From Candidatus Oxydemutatoraceae bacterium (GTDB taxonomy: Bacteria; Pseudomonadota; Gammaproteobacteria; Poriferisulfidales; Oxydemutatoraceae): a stretch of 64,000 nucleotides of DNA. Positions 59,528 to 64,000 of the stretch are shown piece after piece. The translations under genes were made by a program, and so were the position numbers. Below the pieces are notes generated by a model, which searched no databases, was not told the origin of the DNA, and saw only the letters and a list, made by a program, of their open reading frames with translations. The DNA lies in NCBI GenBank assembly GCA_965218975.1, contig OZ244717.1, forward strand, positions 448,001 through 512,000, read 5' to 3'. Positions within the stretch are counted from its first letter, which is position 1, and each line of letters opens with the position of its first letter.

Positions 59528-59930
59528 CTGGTTGTGACTCAAGTTAAGTTAAACGGGGCACTATTATATAAAGCTCTAGCAGTTTCGTCCACTAATTGTA
59601 TGACGATGACTCCTGCCTGCCTTCGTTATTCGCCTCTGTCGGCATGACCGACGGAATAGCCGCATTGCATGAGAGTGTTGTAAACAAGCGATCACATACA
59701 AGGAACCGGCATTTTGAAATGACCCGCGTCTGCCGGATTCATCCCGCTACGCCGACAATCACTATCGGCACACTGGCTTTAAAGAATCCTTGACACGGAT
59801 GAGTGCTACAACCGCATAATCCGTACAAGCCTATACACAAACTAACGCGCTGAAAATCAAGCCATCATTATGCTCTATTGCGTATTACCGCTGCAATGAA
59901 CCGGTAAAATCGGATCGGATGGCTTAAGCT

Positions 59931-60674
59931 TTAGTACATCAACTCAACCCGCCGATTCATTTTATGTGCTCGTTCACTGTTACCTTGATGCAGCGGACGT
60001 TCTTCACCATAGCTAACCGTTACGATCTGAGATGGGGAAACTCCCATTTCTTCAAGGATGTCCGCCACCATCCGAGCGCGTTGCAGGCCCAGCCGTTTGT
60101 TATATTCTCGCGATGCCACGCTGTCGGTATGCCCTTCAATAGTTACAATCAAGTCGGGATTTTTCTGTAAATAAGCGGCATGCGCCTCCAACAGATGCAT
60201 CCCCGCGGAGCCAGTCCGAGCTTTCTTATAATCAAACTGCACAATATTATTGTTCGGTTGCCCGCCACTTGCTTCTTGGAGACGACCGGCGGCTTGCTTA
60301 CCTTTCATTGCTGTCTCTGTAGGACGACGTGTCGGCGGCATCGCTTCTTCATCCGCCATCTGACCATCGTAGTTAAGGCGGCGAGGGGACTCCTCTGACG
60401 TTTCTTTTTTGGCACTCACCACTTCACGATACAATTCATTGCCATCCTCATCAACGTACACATAAACGATCTCTTCCACACCTTCTCCTGAAAACTCGTC
60501 CTCTTCCAATCCATTTTCCACTTCTATTTCGTCATCAAATACAATTTCTTTGACTTCTTCCTCATCGTCAAAAAACCAATCCCATGATTTTGAACTACAG
60601 CCAGTCAGCGCTAAAACGATAATTAAAGCGAGTAATAAAGGTTTGTATAAAGTCATGCTCGTTTCCCCTTTCAT
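59931..60674 (-). CDS. Pal/OmpA-family lipoprotein with acidic linker
   Basis: Lipobox LTGC; IEGHTD, YNKRLGLQRA, VSYGEERP, NRRVEL. Confidence 0.85.
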   Translation of the reverse strand: MKGETSMTLYKPLLLALIIVLALTGCSSKSWDWFFDDEEEVKEIVFDDEIEVENGLEEDEFSGEGVEEIVYVYVDEDGNELYREVVSAKKETSEESPRRLNYDGQMADEEAMPPTRRPTETAMKGKQAAGRLQEASGGQPNNNIVQFDYKKARTGSAGMHLLEAHAAYLQKNPDLIVTIEGHTDSVASREYNKRLGLQRARMVADILEEMGVSPSQIVTVSYGEERPLHQGNSERAHKMNRRVELMY

Positions 60675-60856
60675 TTTTTCCTTGGCAGCACCGCATCGGT
60701 CCTATTCTTAGGATCATATTTATTTGCGATGAACTTGCGTAACCGCCATTTCACATCTAGCCCGATTGTTTGCAACTATTCATTCAGGGCGCATCGCTTT
60801 GCCCCGGAATTATTTTTTATGTTTCATGCGCATTCGGCGCTTCCACGCAAATCCGA

Positions 60857-61354
60857 TTAATTCCCGCATTTACCTTCGCCGCACTTACCTTCTTTATCTT
60901 TTTTCATTTCACTTCCACCGCATTTACCTTCTTTATCTTTTTTCATTTCACTTCCACCGCATTTACCTTCTTTATCTTTTTTCATTTCACTTCCACCGCA
61001 TTTACCTTCGCCGCACTTACCTTCTTTATCTTTTTTCATTTCACTTCCACCGCATTTACCTTCGCCGCACTTACCTTCTTTATCTTTTTTCATTTCACTT
61101 CCACCGCATTTACCTTCGCCGCACTTGCCTTCTTTATCTTTTTTCATTTCACTTCCACCGCATTTACCTTCGCCGCATTTACCTTCCATGCTTTTCTTCA
61201 TTGAATGGTTGTCGGCCAATTGCATATAACCGGAAGAGAGCTCTTGCATTTCAAAAGGGGATTGTTCGGCATTCATATTCGCGGATAATGTTCCCGCAAT
61301 CACAGTTGAAACAATGGCGACAGACGCCTTGAGTTTAAATTTTTTGTGCTCCAT
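60857..61354 (-). CDS. EGKCG-repeat exported protein (HvfA-like RiPP precursor)
   Basis: Signal peptide, SPFEMQELSSGYM, 12 EGKCG motifs. Confidence 0.85.
   Translation of the reverse strand: MEHKKFKLKASVAIVSTVIAGTLSANMNAEQSPFEMQELSSGYMQLADNHSMKKSMEGKCGEGKCGGSEMKKDKEGKCGEGKCGGSEMKKDKEGKCGEGKCGGSEMKKDKEGKCGEGKCGGSEMKKDKEGKCGGSEMKKDKEGKCGGSEMKKDKEGKCGEGKCGN
60862..61190. repeat. Coding tandem repeat of 54-bp and 39-bp units
   Basis: Near-identical units encoding MKKDKEGKCG(EGKCG)GSE. Confidence 0.92.
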
Positions 61355-61744
61355 TTTTTCCTCGCTTAAAGAAGTTACGTCAACTTTCGCGCAGTATAAT
61401 GCACTTTAATGTTTATTTCCATAATTTTATAGTATGGACCGGAACAATTTTGGTAGTTTCACACTCGCAATTTCGCTTCGTGGCGGTAGTATACGGCTTA
61501 ATACGCTACGGACAATGCGAATGGTGTGATGGGCGCGCGCTGCCCTGGACACAATCAGCGACAGCGCGCTGTTTTTCGGCAATTGTTCCCCGTTCTCAAA
61601 ACTCGAATTAAAAACTCAATGTTCGCACGCGCCGTACCGAACGGCATATATTATAAAGATGCCTTTTTTATCCGCATCTTTGCAACTTCAGCGATTATGC
61701 TCTCCTATTGAAACTCCACATCCCGAATGTCTTAACGATCGCAA

Positions 61745-63016
61745 TCAACGAGTCGCTGCTTTGTGTATTTGTCGCCGCAAATCCGCAACTTTTCCAACTA
61801 CCACTCGTGGCGGCACTTCGGTAAAATCCCGGCGCGGTTCGAGCGGTATATTTTTCGAGTGTGTCATCATGTGAGACTTCCAATCTTCACTTGCAAACTC
61901 GCGTCTCGGATTAAAGTTGACCCAGCGCCGATAATGGCCGGCATTGTTAATCACCACAGGATAAAAAGTTTGGACGTAGTGGCATGTGCGAAAATGCGCC
62001 GGAAACAATTCCAGCAGACCGGCATTTTTCGGAAGCATCATGCTAAGACCAAGCCCCGCACCATGCATTCCTATCAATATGTCAGTCTCATGAACCAAAC
62101 GCAATTGGTCGCTCATTGGCAAGTCTTCCAAAAAATGCTCTTTAACTTCGGCATCAAGAAATTTCTTGCGTAAGGCCGCGACAATTTCATCCGCATTGCT
62201 AATTTTTCTGGATACAAAGTTTGTATACGTAGTACGCACTTTGTAATCACGGCGCAACACCAAAGTGATCTTGCCGACCCTGCTACTGCGGTCCCTTAAT
62301 TTAATCCCGAAAGCAAGCGCTAGGCATTGACGTGTTTGCTCTATCACATCGCCTTGTTGCCATATGAACCGATCATACTGCACAAGCCTCAACTTGCGAA
62401 AGAAACATTTACCGCGCATACCCTCAATATGCTTTACATCAAACACCTTAGTGATCAAAGTGCCCACTTCCGTATGCATCTTGCTTCCTTGGAAAAGCAG
62501 CAGTCCGGTATGAATAGGGATATTGAAACTTGTAAAACAATGCACTAAATAGGTGAGTTCGCGCAGCACAATAGCGGGGTTTGCCCGTGCGGCTTGAGGC
62601 GGACACAGAAACACATTTTTTTCAGAAGTGGATTCGGCGGCGGCAGGCATCGGCGCCATTGTTTGCCGCCATTTGTTAAAATCGAAAACCTGCGTGAGTT
62701 TTGTGGCCGAAGGACTAATTCTGTCGCCTATACGCATAAAAGATTCTGCAAAAACTGTCTCTTTGCCGACCCTTTTACACAAATCGAAATCCACCAGCAC
62801 ATTTTCGCACTGTAATAGATGCCCTTCCTTTTTAACCGCACCGTTAAATCTTTGACAAGGAGAAACGTCACAACCAACTATCCTTTTATTTTTGCGACCA
62901 TACAAGCTTTGTTTAACGATCGGACGCACCACTCGATTATCAAATCCGGTCATGAACACTGCGATCCAATAAAACAAAATATGCATCGATAGCAATTTGA
63001 CGTATTGCCAATACAA
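61745..63016 (-). CDS. Glycosyltransferase family 61 (DUF563) protein
   Basis: RKISNADEI, LPMSDQLRLVHETDILIGMHGAGL...LLELFP. Confidence 0.8.
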   Translation of the reverse strand: MYWQYVKLLSMHILFYWIAVFMTGFDNRVVRPIVKQSLYGRKNKRIVGCDVSPCQRFNGAVKKEGHLLQCENVLVDFDLCKRVGKETVFAESFMRIGDRISPSATKLTQVFDFNKWRQTMAPMPAAAESTSEKNVFLCPPQAARANPAIVLRELTYLVHCFTSFNIPIHTGLLLFQGSKMHTEVGTLITKVFDVKHIEGMRGKCFFRKLRLVQYDRFIWQQGDVIEQTRQCLALAFGIKLRDRSSRVGKITLVLRRDYKVRTTYTNFVSRKISNADEIVAALRKKFLDAEVKEHFLEDLPMSDQLRLVHETDILIGMHGAGLGLSMMLPKNAGLLELFPAHFRTCHYVQTFYPVVINNAGHYRRWVNFNPRREFASEDWKSHMMTHSKNIPLEPRRDFTEVPPRVVVGKVADLRRQIHKAATR

Positions 63017-63350
63017 TTTATTTACTTCCTTAGTAACGCTTAGTGTAACAAAAGCGTCGGTAGAAAAATCTTGCTTCCAATACAGATTAATCGTATGGCT
63101 GCGAATTATAATCCGCCGATTGGTTAAATCTCCGATAAGCCCGTCTGATTGACAAAAGTTCCATTATCAATGAATTCTTCTTGCAGGAGTTCCGACATTT
63201 GAAAGTATTTGAGTCACTTACCTGTATATTAGTTTATATTATATTGTGTAATCTCGGTTTAGCAATCGAATAGAATTCGAATTTTTATTTAATATTTTCA
63301 GTTAAATCCTCTTAAATTCTTGCATCTTTCAGAAAACAAGCCTAAAATCT

Positions 63351-63812
63351 ATGAACATGTCGGAAATACTTTTATTAAACGGACCTAATCTTAATTTACT
63401 CGGTCAACGTGAACCTGAAGTCTATGGGTGCGACACGCTGTCAGACGTTATCCGCCGGTCGCGAGATACGGCAAGGCTGGCAGGATTGACGCTGACCGAC
63501 TTTCAAACCAATAGTGAAAGCGAATTGATTCAGCGAATTCAGGCAGTGCTGAGCGATGATACTAATTTCATTATTTTCAACCCTGGTGCATTGACGCATA
63601 CAAGTATTGCTCTGCGTGATGCGCTGCTGGCTGTTGACACTCCGTTTGTCGAAGTGCATCTATCCAATGTGTTTGCGCGGGAGGGATTTCGGCAACGTTC
63701 TTATCTGTCCGATATCGCCGTAGGTGTCGTATCCGGTTTGGGCGTGAACGGTTATCTGGCGGCAATCTCTTTTGCGGCACAATACTTGCGGCAAAAAAGC
63801 CAAGGGACCTAA
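63351..63812 (+). CDS. aroQ: Type II 3-dehydroquinate dehydratase
   Basis: LNGPNLNLLGQREPEVYG, NPGALTHTS, EVHLSNV. Confidence 0.96.
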   Translation: MNMSEILLLNGPNLNLLGQREPEVYGCDTLSDVIRRSRDTARLAGLTLTDFQTNSESELIQRIQAVLSDDTNFIIFNPGALTHTSIALRDALLAVDTPFVEVHLSNVFAREGFRQRSYLSDIAVGVVSGLGVNGYLAAISFAAQYLRQKSQGT

Positions 63813-64000
63813 ATGGATATTCGCAAAGTTAAAAAATTGATAGAAATGCTTCAAGACGCACCCGATATCGGTGAAATAGAAGTGCGTGAAGGCGAAGAAT
63901 CGGTGCGTTTAACGCGCACCCCTAAAACACCGAGCGTGCCAATGCCGCAACAAGTTCAAATTCCCACGCCGGCTGCGACAAAACCGGCGCCTACGGCGGG
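63813..64000 (+). CDS. accB: Biotin carboxyl carrier protein, N-terminal part (truncated)
   Basis: MDIRKVKKLIEML...EIEVREGEESVRL; follows aroQ. Confidence 0.92.
   Translation, partial: MDIRKVKKLIEMLQDAPDIGEIEVREGEESVRLTRTPKTPSVPMPQQVQIPTPAATKPAPTA

Noticed and set aside
59560-59930. gmk remnant or ncRNA upstream of rpoZ
   Set aside because: No recognisable kinase motif or RNA structure.
60766-61332. Plus-strand repetitive ORFs (FHFHRIYL..., FTFFIFFH...)
   Set aside because: Antisense shadows of the EGKCG-repeat gene.

Overview
Replication-origin region of a gammaproteobacterium, probably a sulfur-oxidising (soxYZ), host-associated lineage with an eroding genome. Core genes: pgk/pyk, dps, xthA, gyrB, dnaN, dnaA, rpmH-rnpA-yidC-mnmE, mnmG-rsmG-parAB, ribF-ileS-lspA-ispH, lysA, groESL, cutA-dsbD, murJ, the atp operon, recG-ridA-spoT-rpoZ, aroQ-accB. 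There is also a perfect parS, a probable oriC between dnaA and dnaN, and tRNA-Val(CAC). The most striking signal is a structured 98-bp non-coding element (GGGTGAGACGCG...GTCAT): 13 full copies and 2 partial ends, all embedded in transposase remnants. It splits one IS481-family transposase gene at four separate sites, always in the same orientation. One end is fixed next to a CCTG-like motif; the other is variable, joined by microhomology and replaces a short stretch of target. It also forms head-to-tail arrays of non-identical units. This resembles a rolling-circle (HUH) or reverse-transcribed, transposon-targeting mini-element whose enzyme is not in the window. Other accessory items: a type III effector/CesT-type chaperone pair, duplicated LPS-kinase-like genes, an orphan EGKCG-repeat (HvfA-like) RiPP precursor, a GT61 glycosyltransferase and an omega subunit with a long acidic tail. 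All assignments come from reading the sequence; no database searches were run.
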